From Myxococcota bacterium (GTDB taxonomy: Bacteria > Myxococcota_A > UBA9042 > PHBI01 > JAWLBL01), in contig JAWLBL010000001.1 of assembly GCA_041687695.1 (NCBI GenBank), forward strand, positions 259,461 to 323,460: a stretch of 64,000 bases of DNA, in the 5' to 3' direction. Numbering within the stretch: position 1 is the stretch's first letter; the number at the start of each line of letters is the position of its first letter. The position numbers were made by a program, and so were the translations under genes. Positions 8,214 through 17,873 of this stretch are shown here, in pieces. The notes beneath the pieces are model-generated. The model ran no database searches. It was not told where the DNA came from and was given only the letters and a program-made list of their open reading frames with translations.

Positions 8214-10423
8214 GGCGCCTCGTCCTCGCCGTCGCCGAGCGCGTCCTCGTCGCCGCCGTGGTCCGGGGGCTCGGGATCGAGGGCGGCCGAGGGCGGCCGC
8301 GGCGCGAGGCGCAGCCAGCTGCGGATGATGCGCTGGGCGATGGGGGCGGCGGTCTTCGAGCCCGAGCCACCGTGCTCGACGAAGACGACCACGACGATCT
8401 GAGGGTCCTCGGCCGGCGCGTAGGCGGCGAACCAGGCGTGGTCCTCCTTGAGCCAGCGGGCGATCTCGGGCGAGACGCCGGGGCGCGACTCGGCGGACTC
8501 GGCGGTGCCCGTCTTGCCGGCGATGACGACGCTGTCGAGCGCCGAATCCGAGGCGGTGCCGTCGGGGTCGTTGACGACGCGCACGAGCCCCTCGCGCACG
8601 AGCGCCATGTGCTGCGGGGCGGCGTCGATGGTCTTGACCACCTCGACCGGCGCCTCGTAGACCGTGTGGCCGTGCTCGTCGACGCGGCGCTTGACGAGGT
8701 GCATCTTGAGGACCCGCCCGCCGTTGGCCAGCGCCGCGAAGGCGCGCGCCACCTGCAGCGACGAGGCCATGAGGTCGCCCTGCCCGATGGCGGTCGACAG
8801 CACGAACCCGGGCTGATAGCCGTTCGGGCTGTTCTTCGTGTGCCAGGCCCGCGTCGGGACCCGCCCCTCGCGCTCGCTGATCTCGACGCCGGTCGGCTCG
8901 CCGAAGCCGAAGGCGTGGCCGTAGCGGGCGAGCGTGTCCATGCCCAACATCTCGCCGACGCGGTAGAAGTACACGTCGCACGAGTACTTGAGGGCCTGGA
9001 TCATGTTGACCGGGCCGTGGCCCGAGCGGTTGTGGCAGTGGAAGCGCCGGCCGCCGTACTCGTAGTGGCCCGGGCAGTGGATGGTCATGTCGGGCGTGAT
9101 GATCCCCTCCTCGAGGCCGGCGATGGAGGTCACGATCTTGTAGGTGGACCCGGGCGCGTAGGTCGTCAGCGCCTTGTTGAGCAGCGGCGAGTAGGGGTTG
9201 GCCTGGGTCTCCTCCCAGACGTCCTTGGTCAGGCGCCCGGACCAGATGTTCGGGTCGAAGCCCGGCTTGGAGTACATGGCCAGGACGCCGCCCGTCTTGG
9301 CGTCGACGACCACGGCGGCGCCCGACTTGTAGTAGCGGAAGGCCCGCTTGACCTCGCGCTGCAGCTGCATGTCGAGGGTCAGCCAGACCTCGTCGCCGGG
9401 GATCGAGCGGCGGAACTCGACGTCCTGGATGAGCTTCTTGAGCTCGCTCTCCTCGAGGCGCTTGCCGCGCGCCCCCTTGAGGAACAGGGCCTCGCCCGGC
9501 GCGCCGCGCAGGAACGCCTCGGCGGCGTCCTCGACGCCACGGCGACCGCGCATGTCGGTCAGCTCGTAGACGCCCGGCTCGCGTTCGCGGTCCTCGCGGG
9601 TGACGCGGTTCATGTAGCCGATGACGTGGGCGCCGTCATAACGGAACGGGTACTCGCGCCGGAAGCTGGTGTGCAGCTCGACCCCCGGCAGGGTGTACAG
9701 CTGCGCCTGGAGCGAGGCGACCTCGTCCGAGAAGGTGCGCTTGCACACCGGGCAGCCCAGGTTCTGCTCGTCGACGGTCAGCAGCTGGCCGTCGTTCGGG
9801 CACACCGGCGCCGTGACGAAGCCGCGGCCGCACTTGTTGCAGCTGGCGTGGACGTGGTCGTCGCCGTGCTGGCCGTCGTCGACGCCGTGCCAGGTCAGGC
9901 GCCCACGGTCGATCGGACAGAACACCGCCTTGGGATCGATGGGCTCGTAGCGCAGCCCGCAGCGCCCGCAGGTCAGGCGGCGCGCCGGGGACTCGAGCAG
10001 CTCGAGGCTGGCGCCGTCGAAGGGACAGGCTTCGCTCACCAGCTCGCGTCGGACCACGATGGGGGCCCAGCGGTCCTTGACGAGCCCTTCGTCGATGCGG
10101 GCGTTCAGCTCGTCGACCTCCTGCTGGTTCAGGCTCAGCAGCTGGGCCAGGCGCGTGACGACCGCCTCGCGCTCCTTGCCCAGGTAGAAGGGCGTCACGG
10201 TGAGCTGGTGGCTGGCCTGGTTGCTCGCCAACACCCGACCGGCCGCGTCCTTGATGAGTCCCCGGCGCGCAGGGATGCGCTCGTGGCCGACGAAGCTGAT
10301 GCGGGCGCGCTCGCGGAAGCTCTCGCCGTGGACGATCTGCAGATAGAACAGGCGCCCCATCAGCGTGATGAACAGCGCGATGCTGAGGGTGACGGCGAGG
10401 CCGAAGCGGGCGGCGGAGCTCAT
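8210..10423 (-). CDS. mrdA: penicillin-binding protein 2 with Cys-rich insertion
   Basis: N-terminal TM, RLFYLQI, PARRGLIKD, GSTYK (SxxK), SCD (SxN position), KTG; located in mreBCD-rodA operon. Confidence 0.95.
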   Translation of the reverse strand: MSSAARFGLAVTLSIALFITLMGRLFYLQIVHGESFRERARISFVGHERIPARRGLIKDAAGRVLASNQASHQLTVTPFYLGKEREAVVTRLAQLLSLNQQEVDELNARIDEGLVKDRWAPIVVRRELVSEACPFDGASLELLESPARRLTCGRCGLRYEPIDPKAVFCPIDRGRLTWHGVDDGQHGDDHVHASCNKCGRGFVTAPVCPNDGQLLTVDEQNLGCPVCKRTFSDEVASLQAQLYTLPGVELHTSFRREYPFRYDGAHVIGYMNRVTREDREREPGVYELTDMRGRRGVEDAAEAFLRGAPGEALFLKGARGKRLEESELKKLIQDVEFRRSIPGDEVWLTLDMQLQREVKRAFRYYKSGAAVVVDAKTGGVLAMYSKPGFDPNIWSGRLTKDVWEETQANPYSPLLNKALTTYAPGSTYKIVTSIAGLEEGIITPDMTIHCPGHYEYGGRRFHCHNRSGHGPVNMIQALKYSCDVYFYRVGEMLGMDTLARYGHAFGFGEPTGVEISEREGRVPTRAWHTKNSPNGYQPGFVLSTAIGQGDLMASSLQVARAFAALANGGRVLKMHLVKRRVDEHGHTVYEAPVEVVKTIDAAPQHMALVREGLVRVVNDPDGTASDSALDSVVIAGKTGTAESAESRPGVSPEIARWLKEDHAWFAAYAPAEDPQIVVVVFVEHGGSGSKTAAPIAQRIIRSWLRLAPRPPSAALDPEPPDHGGDEDALGDGEDEAP

Positions 10424-10430
10424 CGGCCGC

Positions 10431-10958
10431 CTATCCGAGGTAGACCGAGTCGCCGCCCTTGCGCGTCGTCAGCGCGTCGAGCTTGTCGAGCAGCCAGAAG
10501 ACGAGCGGGGCGAACGGCGCGGTGGCGAGCGCCTGCGGGATCATGGACACCAGGATGACGGTCGGCCCGCCGGCGCCGTGACCGAAGGTGCGGTCGAACA
10601 CCAGGCTCAGGAGCAGCTCGAGCAGCGAGGCCCCCATCGAGAAGAACATCGCGATGAGCATCAGCGGGCCGGGCCCGCGGAGCGCGAGGCGACGCGACAG
10701 ACGGAAGCTGACCAGGAAGGCGACGGCCGCGATCTCCATGTGCAGGCCGACCGGGCTCGACAGGGCGAAGCCGTCCTTGAGCAGGCCCAGCAGCAGCGCG
10801 ACGCCCATGCCGCTGGCCAGCCCCGTGGTCAGCCCGACGTACAGCACGACGCACAGCGCGAGGTCCGGCGCGTAGTGGCTGACGCTCGCCTCGTGCAGGA
10901 ACGGCGACTCGAAGGCGAGCAGCAAAAAGCCCAGCAGCAGGATGCCAATCGACCTCAT
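10431..10958 (-). CDS. mreD: rod shape-determining protein MreD
   Basis: 175-aa multi-TM protein with PDL and LGLLKD motifs between mreC and mrdA. Confidence 0.85.
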   Translation of the reverse strand: MRSIGILLLGFLLLAFESPFLHEASVSHYAPDLALCVVLYVGLTTGLASGMGVALLLGLLKDGFALSSPVGLHMEIAAVAFLVSFRLSRRLALRGPGPLMLIAMFFSMGASLLELLLSLVFDRTFGHGAGGPTVILVSMIPQALATAPFAPLVFWLLDKLDALTTRKGGDSVYLG

Positions 10959-11872
10959 CGGCCCCCCTCGCGGCGCCCGCCCGCACGCGGCGTGCCGGTG
11001 GCGCCCTCGGCGTCGAGCGAGGCGTCGGCCGGGTCGGTGCGCTGCCCGACGACGACCAGCACCTCCTCGATGGTCGAGAAGTTCACGGCCGGCACGACCT
11101 GCAGCTCGTAGTACAGGCCGCGCTGCCGCTCCTCGAGCGAGTGGATGTAGCCCACGGTGATGCCGGGCGGGAACACCTTGTCGTGCCCCGACGTGACGAT
11201 CTCGTCCCCGACCGCCAGCCCCTCGGCCTTGTGCAGGTACAGCAGGCGCGCGGTGTACGTGTTGCCGGTCCCGGTGCCCTCGAGCGTCCCGGTCACGCCC
11301 TTTCCGGCCACCTTCACGTTGACCGAAGAGCGGGCGTCCACGGCCAGCATCACCTCGGCATAGCCGCCGGAGACCTGGTTGATGCGCCCGACCAGCCCCT
11401 CGCGCATGACGACCGGCATGCCCTCGCGCAGGCCGTCGCGCGAGCCGACGTCCAGCTCGATGCGCACCACGCGCGCGAACGACGAGACGTCCTTGCCGAT
11501 CACGTGGGCCGCGATGGTCTCGAGGTCGCGGCGCTCGCGCTTGAACGCGAGGAGCTGCCGCAGGCGCTCGTTCTCGAGCTCGTAGGTCCGCGTCTGCAGC
11601 GCCTCGCCCGCCAGGATGCGGCTCTTGTCCTCGCAGGCCAGCGCCTGCTCCTTGGCGTCGATGACGTCGACGTAGCCGGACCAGAAGCCGCCCACGCTCG
11701 AGATGATGCGGCTCGCCGCGGACTGCGCCGGCGCCGTGACCCGGATGAGGGCGGCCTCGACGATGGTGGTCCTGCGCGGGCTCCGGCCGTGCACGTACAG
11801 CAGGAACAGGGGCAGAGCGAGCGCCGCGAAGATGACCAGCGCCGCCCGATGTCGCTCGAAAAGCTCGCGCAA
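10955..11872 (-). CDS. mreC: rod shape-determining protein MreC
   Basis: TM + coiled coil ENERLRQLL, DVGSRDG, GLVGRI, VTSG..VFPPGITVG; TTG start. Confidence 0.93.
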   Translation of the reverse strand: MRELFERHRAALVIFAALALPLFLLYVHGRSPRRTTIVEAALIRVTAPAQSAASRIISSVGGFWSGYVDVIDAKEQALACEDKSRILAGEALQTRTYELENERLRQLLAFKRERRDLETIAAHVIGKDVSSFARVVRIELDVGSRDGLREGMPVVMREGLVGRINQVSGGYAEVMLAVDARSSVNVKVAGKGVTGTLEGTGTGNTYTARLLYLHKAEGLAVGDEIVTSGHDKVFPPGITVGYIHSLEERQRGLYYELQVVPAVNFSTIEEVLVVVGQRTDPADASLDAEGATGTPRAGGRREGGR

Positions 11873-11931
11873 TGCCTAACTCGACTGAGCCGACGCGACC
11901 GCGGCGCCGGCTCGGGTCGTTCTACTCCAGC

Positions 11932-13020
<1,089 letters not shown>

Positions 13021-13200
13021 CTACTGCGCGCTGCAGCCCCGAGACGGCCTCGACGCGCCTCAGGGGGGCGCCCGGGGCGGCGCCATGCGGCCCGTTGCGT
13101 GCTTCCGGGAACGCGTGCGGGCTTGCTTGGGTTCATGGGCGAACCGGACCCGCGCCAGCGATGACGCGGACGGACCGGGCGACGAAGGCGCAGCTCGACG

Positions 13201-13229
13201 TTGACGCTCGCCCGACGGTGGGCTACCAT
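13201..13229 (+). promoter_or_regulatory. sigma70-type promoter for ppiD-hisG-hisB
   Basis: TTGACG-17 bp-TACCAT about 55 bp upstream of ATG 13285. Confidence 0.6.
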
Positions 13230-13284
13230 TCACCGCCCTGTAGCCGCCGGCCTAAAACCCAATCATATCAGGCAGATAGGCACC

Positions 13285-15333
13285 ATGCTCGATCTGATGC
13301 GCCAGAACTCCAGAAGCGCGCTCACCTGGGTGATCTTCTCGGTCATCATCCTCTCGTTCGTGTTCACCTTCAGCGCCATCACGCCCGATCAGGCGTGCGG
13401 CGGCTCGGGGCCGGGCAACCTGGGGGCCGAGATGGGCGAGGTCGGCGACGTCGAGATCGACGCCGCGATGCTCATCATGGCCGAGGAGCTCACGCAGCGG
13501 CCGCCCTCGCCGCGCGCGAACGACCCGCGCTCGCTGCAGCAGGCCTTCCTCTACAAGAACTCGCGCTTCGCGGGCCTCGGCCTCGGCGGCCCGTACGCGC
13601 TGTTCGGCGTCGACGCGCAGACGGCGAGCCCGCTGCAGACCGAGAAGGCCATGAACGACCTCGTCGAGACGCTGCTCGTCTCCGAGGAGGCGCGTCGCAT
13701 GGGCCTGGCCGTCAGCGACGGCGAGCTGGCCGACCGCCTGTTCAACGACACCTGGTTCGACGAGCAGACCGGCGCCTTCAAGCGCCGCCAGTGGGAGCAG
13801 CAGGTCCGCCAGAGCTTCGGCGTCAGCGCGCCCAAGTTCGAGGAGTTCGTCCGCCGCGAGCTGCTGCGCGAGAAGATGATCGCGCTGCTCGTCGAGGGCA
13901 TGGTCGTCCCGGACGACGAGCTGAAGCTCTACCACCAGCTCCAGAACGAGAAGGTCGACCTGGCCTTCATCGAGCTGACCGACGACGCGGTGGCCGCCCT
14001 CGTGCCGACCACCGACGCCGACGTCGCCGCCTGGCTGACCACCAACCAGGACGCCGTCACCAAGTACTACGAGGCCAACAAGGCCGAGTTCAGCAAGCCC
14101 GAGCGGGTCGAGGTGCGGGGCATCCACGTCAAGGCCCCCAACCGCGGCGTGCTGGCTCGCGAGACCGACGCCGAGAAGAAGGCCGCCGGCGACAAGGAGC
14201 GCGCCGAGGCGCGCGCCAAGGCCGAGCAGATCCTGGCCGACCTCAAGGCCGGCGGCGAGACGGCCGCGGGCCCGACCCCTCCTGCGGCCATCGCGGTCGA
14301 CGCCGACGCTCCGGCTGCCGCCGACGCTCCGGCCGCCGCCGACGCTCCGGCTGCGGCTGACGCTCCGGCCGCCGCCGACGCTCCGGCTGCGGCTGACGCT
14401 CCGGCCGCTGCGGACGCTCCGGCTGCGCCCGCCAACGGCAAGGTCTCGGTCCCGGTCGACGCCTTCGCGGCCGCCGCCAAGGAGAAGTCCGAGCACGCCG
14501 CGACCCAGGAGGCCGGCGGCCGCTTCGACACCCCGCGCAACCGCGAGGAGATGGGCCGCTGGCCGTTCGGGCCCGAGGCCGCCGACGCCGCCTTCGCCCT
14601 CGAGGCCGGCCAGGTCAGCGACGTGATCGAGGTCGACAGCGGCTTCTGGATCCTGCGGGTCGACGCGAAGCTGGCGGCCGAGGAGCGCACCCTCGACCAG
14701 GCGCGGCTCGACATCGCCAACAAGCTCTACAAGCAGACCAAGCTCGCCGACTTCCGCGGCAAGCTGGCCGACGAGGTGCTCGCCGAGGCCAAGAAGGACC
14801 CGGCCCGCTCGCTCGACGACGTCGCCAAGGCGGTCAACGCCCGCTACGGCGTCACTGAGGACGGCGGCCTGACGGTCGGCACGACCGGCCCGTTCAGCCG
14901 GATGCGCGAGGGCGCCCTCGGCTCGGCCGCGATGAGCGGCTGGATCCCCGGCATCGGCAAGGCGCCCGAGCTGGCCGAGGCGGCCTTCGCGGCGACCGAC
15001 GAGCAGCCCGTCCTGGGCAGCGTCTTCAAGCCCGAGGGCACCGAGCGCGCCATCGTCGCGCGCGTCGCGGAGCGCACCCCGGCCGGCGAGATGACCGCCG
15101 ACGGCCTCGACGCCGTGCGCGAGCAGCTGCTCGCCGAGCGCCAGCGCCTGTTCTACAAGGGCTGGTACGACGATCTCCGCGCCAAGGCCGAAGCGGACGG
15201 CGACATCGACTTCTCGAGCGCCTGGCGCGAGCGTCTGCAGACGGCGCGCGACGCCTACCGCGACGCCGGCGGGTCCCTGACCCCGGCGCCGACGGCGGCC
15301 GCCGCCACGCCGACTCCGACCGCCACGCCCTGA
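13285..15333 (+). CDS. PpiD-like membrane-anchored periplasmic chaperone (SurA N-terminal + parvulin domain)
   Basis: MLDLMRQNS + TM; LLVSEEARRMGLAVSDGEL; YYEANKAEFSKPERVE; AFALEAGQVSDVIEVDSGFWILRV; divergent from mreB. Confidence 0.85.
   Translation: MLDLMRQNSRSALTWVIFSVIILSFVFTFSAITPDQACGGSGPGNLGAEMGEVGDVEIDAAMLIMAEELTQRPPSPRANDPRSLQQAFLYKNSRFAGLGLGGPYALFGVDAQTASPLQTEKAMNDLVETLLVSEEARRMGLAVSDGELADRLFNDTWFDEQTGAFKRRQWEQQVRQSFGVSAPKFEEFVRRELLREKMIALLVEGMVVPDDELKLYHQLQNEKVDLAFIELTDDAVAALVPTTDADVAAWLTTNQDAVTKYYEANKAEFSKPERVEVRGIHVKAPNRGVLARETDAEKKAAGDKERAEARAKAEQILADLKAGGETAAGPTPPAAIAVDADAPAAADAPAAADAPAAADAPAAADAPAAADAPAAADAPAAPANGKVSVPVDAFAAAAKEKSEHAATQEAGGRFDTPRNREEMGRWPFGPEAADAAFALEAGQVSDVIEVDSGFWILRVDAKLAAEERTLDQARLDIANKLYKQTKLADFRGKLADEVLAEAKKDPARSLDDVAKAVNARYGVTEDGGLTVGTTGPFSRMREGALGSAAMSGWIPGIGKAPELAEAAFAATDEQPVLGSVFKPEGTERAIVARVAERTPAGEMTADGLDAVREQLLAERQRLFYKGWYDDLRAKAEADGDIDFSSAWRERLQTARDAYRDAGGSLTPAPTAAAATPTPTATP
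14305..14427 (+). repeat. 18-bp in-frame tandem repeat encoding (DAPAAA)x6 plus a partial seventh unit
   Basis: GACGCTCCGGCYGCNGCN repeated from 14305 with period 18. Confidence 0.95.
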
Positions 15334-15346
15334 GGTCGTGGACCCG

Positions 15347-16036
15347 ATGAGCAGCGCGCCGTCCACCGGCTCCTCCGAGCGCCCCGACCTGGTCTGGGCC
15401 CTCCCCAAGGGCCGCATCCTGGATGACGCGCTGCCGCTCCTCGCCGCCGCCGGTCTGGACGTCGAAGACCTTCGACACCCGGGCCGGCGGCTCGTCGTGC
15501 CGATGGGCCCTGGCCACCGCGGGCTGCTGCTCAAGCCGTGGGACGTCGCGACCTACGTCGAGCTGGGCGTCGCGCAGCTGGGCCTCGCGGGCAGCGACGT
15601 CCTGCGCGAGCGCGAGCCCGACGTCTACGAGCCGGTCGATCTCGGCATCGGCGCGTGCCGACTGGCCCTGGCGGGCCCCGAAGGCTGGAACGGGCCGCCG
15701 GCGCGGCGCCCCCTGCGCGTGGCCTCCAAGTACCCCGAGTCGACGGCCCGCTACTTCGCGCGCCTCGGCCAGCGGGTCGAGATCGTCAAGCTCTACGGCT
15801 CGGTCGAGCTGGCCGCCGTCGCCGGCCTGGCCGACGCCGTGGTCGATCTGGTGTCGACCGGCGCGACGCTGCGCGAGAACCGCCTGGTCGAGCTGGCGAC
15901 CCTCGACGAGGTGACCAGCCGCCTCATCGTGAACCCGGTCGCCTTCCGCCTCGAGGCCCCACGCCTGCGCGCCCTCATCGCCGGCCTCGAGTCCGCCCTC
16001 CCCTCCCCCTCGTCCGACGCAGGACCCGCCTCGTGA
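15347..16036 (+). CDS. hisG: ATP phosphoribosyltransferase, short form
   Basis: ALPKGRI, DVATYVELG, RVASKYP, KLYGSVELA, VDLVSTGATLREN; no C-terminal regulatory domain (alternative GTG start 15338). Confidence 0.93.
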   Translation: MSSAPSTGSSERPDLVWALPKGRILDDALPLLAAAGLDVEDLRHPGRRLVVPMGPGHRGLLLKPWDVATYVELGVAQLGLAGSDVLREREPDVYEPVDLGIGACRLALAGPEGWNGPPARRPLRVASKYPESTARYFARLGQRVEIVKLYGSVELAAVAGLADAVVDLVSTGATLRENRLVELATLDEVTSRLIVNPVAFRLEAPRLRALIAGLESALPSPSSDAGPAS

Positions 16037-16623
16037 AACGCACCGCCCAGGTGACCCGCCACACCGCCGAGACGCGCATCACCCTCGCGCTCGACCTCGA
16101 CGGCGAGGGCCGGACCAGCATCCAGACGCCGGTGCCGTTCATGTCGCACATGGTCGATCAGATCGGGCGTCACGGGTACTACGACCTGACCGTCGAGGCC
16201 ACGGGCGACACGCACATCGACGATCACCACTCGACCGAGGACCTCGGCCTCGTCCTGGGCACCGCCTTCCGGCAGGCCCTCGGCGACCGCCGCGGCATCG
16301 CCCGCTTCGCCCACGCCCAGGTGCCGCTCGACGAGGCGCTGGTCCAGGTCACCGTCGACTTCTCGGGTCGCCCCTACCTGGCCTTCGACCTGCCGCTCCC
16401 CAAGACCAAGATCGGCTCCTTCGACGTCGAGCTGGTCCGCGAGTTCTACCAGGCCTGGGTGAACAAGGCCGAGGCGAACCTCCACGTCCGCTACCTGGCC
16501 GGCGACAACCTGCACCACATCATCGAGGCCAGCTTCAAGGCCTTCGCCCGCGCCACCTGGTACGCCTCGCGGCGGCTCCACCCGGCGCACGCGCTGCCGA
16601 CGACCAAGGACCACCTCGACTGA
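16033..16623 (+). CDS. hisB: imidazoleglycerol-phosphate dehydratase
   Basis: GTG overlapping hisG stop; DDHHSTED, PLDEAL, DFSGRP, NLHHIIEASFK. Confidence 0.95.
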   Translation: MKRTAQVTRHTAETRITLALDLDGEGRTSIQTPVPFMSHMVDQIGRHGYYDLTVEATGDTHIDDHHSTEDLGLVLGTAFRQALGDRRGIARFAHAQVPLDEALVQVTVDFSGRPYLAFDLPLPKTKIGSFDVELVREFYQAWVNKAEANLHVRYLAGDNLHHIIEASFKAFARATWYASRRLHPAHALPTTKDHLD

Positions 16624-16650
16624 GCCGCCGCGAGGTCCCGCGGGCCCGCG

Positions 16651-17769
16651 TCAGTCGACCGAGATCTCGGCCTGCGCCTCGCGCGCGCTCTCCTGCCGCA
16701 GCAGATCCTTCAGCCGCGACAGGCTGGCCTGCGTCTTGCGCACCCACTCGTCGGTCTGCCCGAAGCGCTCGCCGAGGCGGATGTTGCGCTCGTAGATGTC
16801 GATGGCCTTGGTCAGCAGCGGCTTCACCTTGCGCCGCAGCTCGTCGTAGTAGACCGCGAGCTCGTCCTTCGACAGGTCGTCCGGGACCTCGGCCGCCATC
16901 ATGTCGTCGTAGAAGCTCTCGAAGATGGCGCCCAGCCGGTACCCGGCCGCCATGGCGTACTCCGGGTGGTGCATCCGCACCGCCTTGAGATAGGCGTGCT
17001 GCGCCTTGAGGAAGTAGTTGGCCTTGTCCTCCAGGTCCCGCGCCATCCGCTCGAGCGGAAGCCGGAACTGGATGGCCTGGAACAGCGCGCGATAGATCTC
17101 GCCGATCTGGAACTGGGCCAGCGACACGTAGGCGTTGGACGAGAAGGCACGGTTGGCCAGGTTGTGCCGATAGAGCTCGAGCGCGGCCAGGTAGTCGCGC
17201 TCGGCCAGGGCCAGGTCACCTCGCAGCTGGCGTGCCCGACCGCGCCGCGCCAGCGCCTCGAGCCGATCGATGGCGACGATGCCCTCGAACTCGGGCGCGA
17301 GCACGCGCGACAGCGCCGCGTCGGCGGCTCGCCAGTCCTCGAGCGCCTCGTGACAGGACGCCAGGCGGAACAGCGCGTCGTGGGCGTCCTTCGACCCGGC
17401 GGTCAGGGCCGCGACCTGGGTGAAGTGCGGGATCGCCTCGGCCCAGCGGCGCGCCTTCTCCAGCGCGAGCCCTGCGTTGTAACGGCTGACCGTGCCCCAG
17501 CGGCTGTCGGGGAAGTGCGTGACGACCAGGCCGTACTTGCGGGCGGCCGTCTCGTAGTCACCGGCCGCGAACGCGGCCCCGCCCTCGCGGAAGAGCACCT
17601 CGGGCTCGAGCACCTCCACCGCGGCGCCGTCCTCGGTCGGGACGGCCTCGAAGCGCATCGGCTCGAGCTCGACGACCTGCGTGCGGGTCGTGCCGCACGC
17701 CCCCAGACTCAGGGCCACCAGGGCCCAGACCCACCGACTCGCCGTCCTGCCGTCACCGTTCGCGCGCAC
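16651..17769 (-). CDS. tetratricopeptide-repeat lipoprotein
   Basis: Lipobox LGAC; repeated TPR helices (YNAGLALE, ALFRLASCHE, AQFQIGEIY, AGYRLGAIF). Confidence 0.8.
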   Translation of the reverse strand: MRANGDGRTASRWVWALVALSLGACGTTRTQVVELEPMRFEAVPTEDGAAVEVLEPEVLFREGGAAFAAGDYETAARKYGLVVTHFPDSRWGTVSRYNAGLALEKARRWAEAIPHFTQVAALTAGSKDAHDALFRLASCHEALEDWRAADAALSRVLAPEFEGIVAIDRLEALARRGRARQLRGDLALAERDYLAALELYRHNLANRAFSSNAYVSLAQFQIGEIYRALFQAIQFRLPLERMARDLEDKANYFLKAQHAYLKAVRMHHPEYAMAAGYRLGAIFESFYDDMMAAEVPDDLSKDELAVYYDELRRKVKPLLTKAIDIYERNIRLGERFGQTDEWVRKTQASLSRLKDLLRQESAREAQAEISVD

Positions 17770-17873
17770 CAGAGCCCTCCGTCCTCAGCAGCATGACGGA
17801 TCACTCGGCGCGCGTCACCGGCCGAGGCCCGCTGTCAGGTGGCCCCGACACCCCGCCGCCGCCGGAAGTTCCC

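Noticed and set aside
9735..10030. Heme c (CxxCH) sites or an intein in the PBP2 insert
   Set aside because: No CxxC is followed by His, and there are no intein terminal motifs such as a C-terminal HN before Cys/Ser/Thr.
13240..13280. GCCGCCGGCCTAAAACC resembling part of a c-di-GMP-I riboswitch
   Set aside because: The upstream half of the aptamer is absent, and the leader is too short after the predicted promoter.
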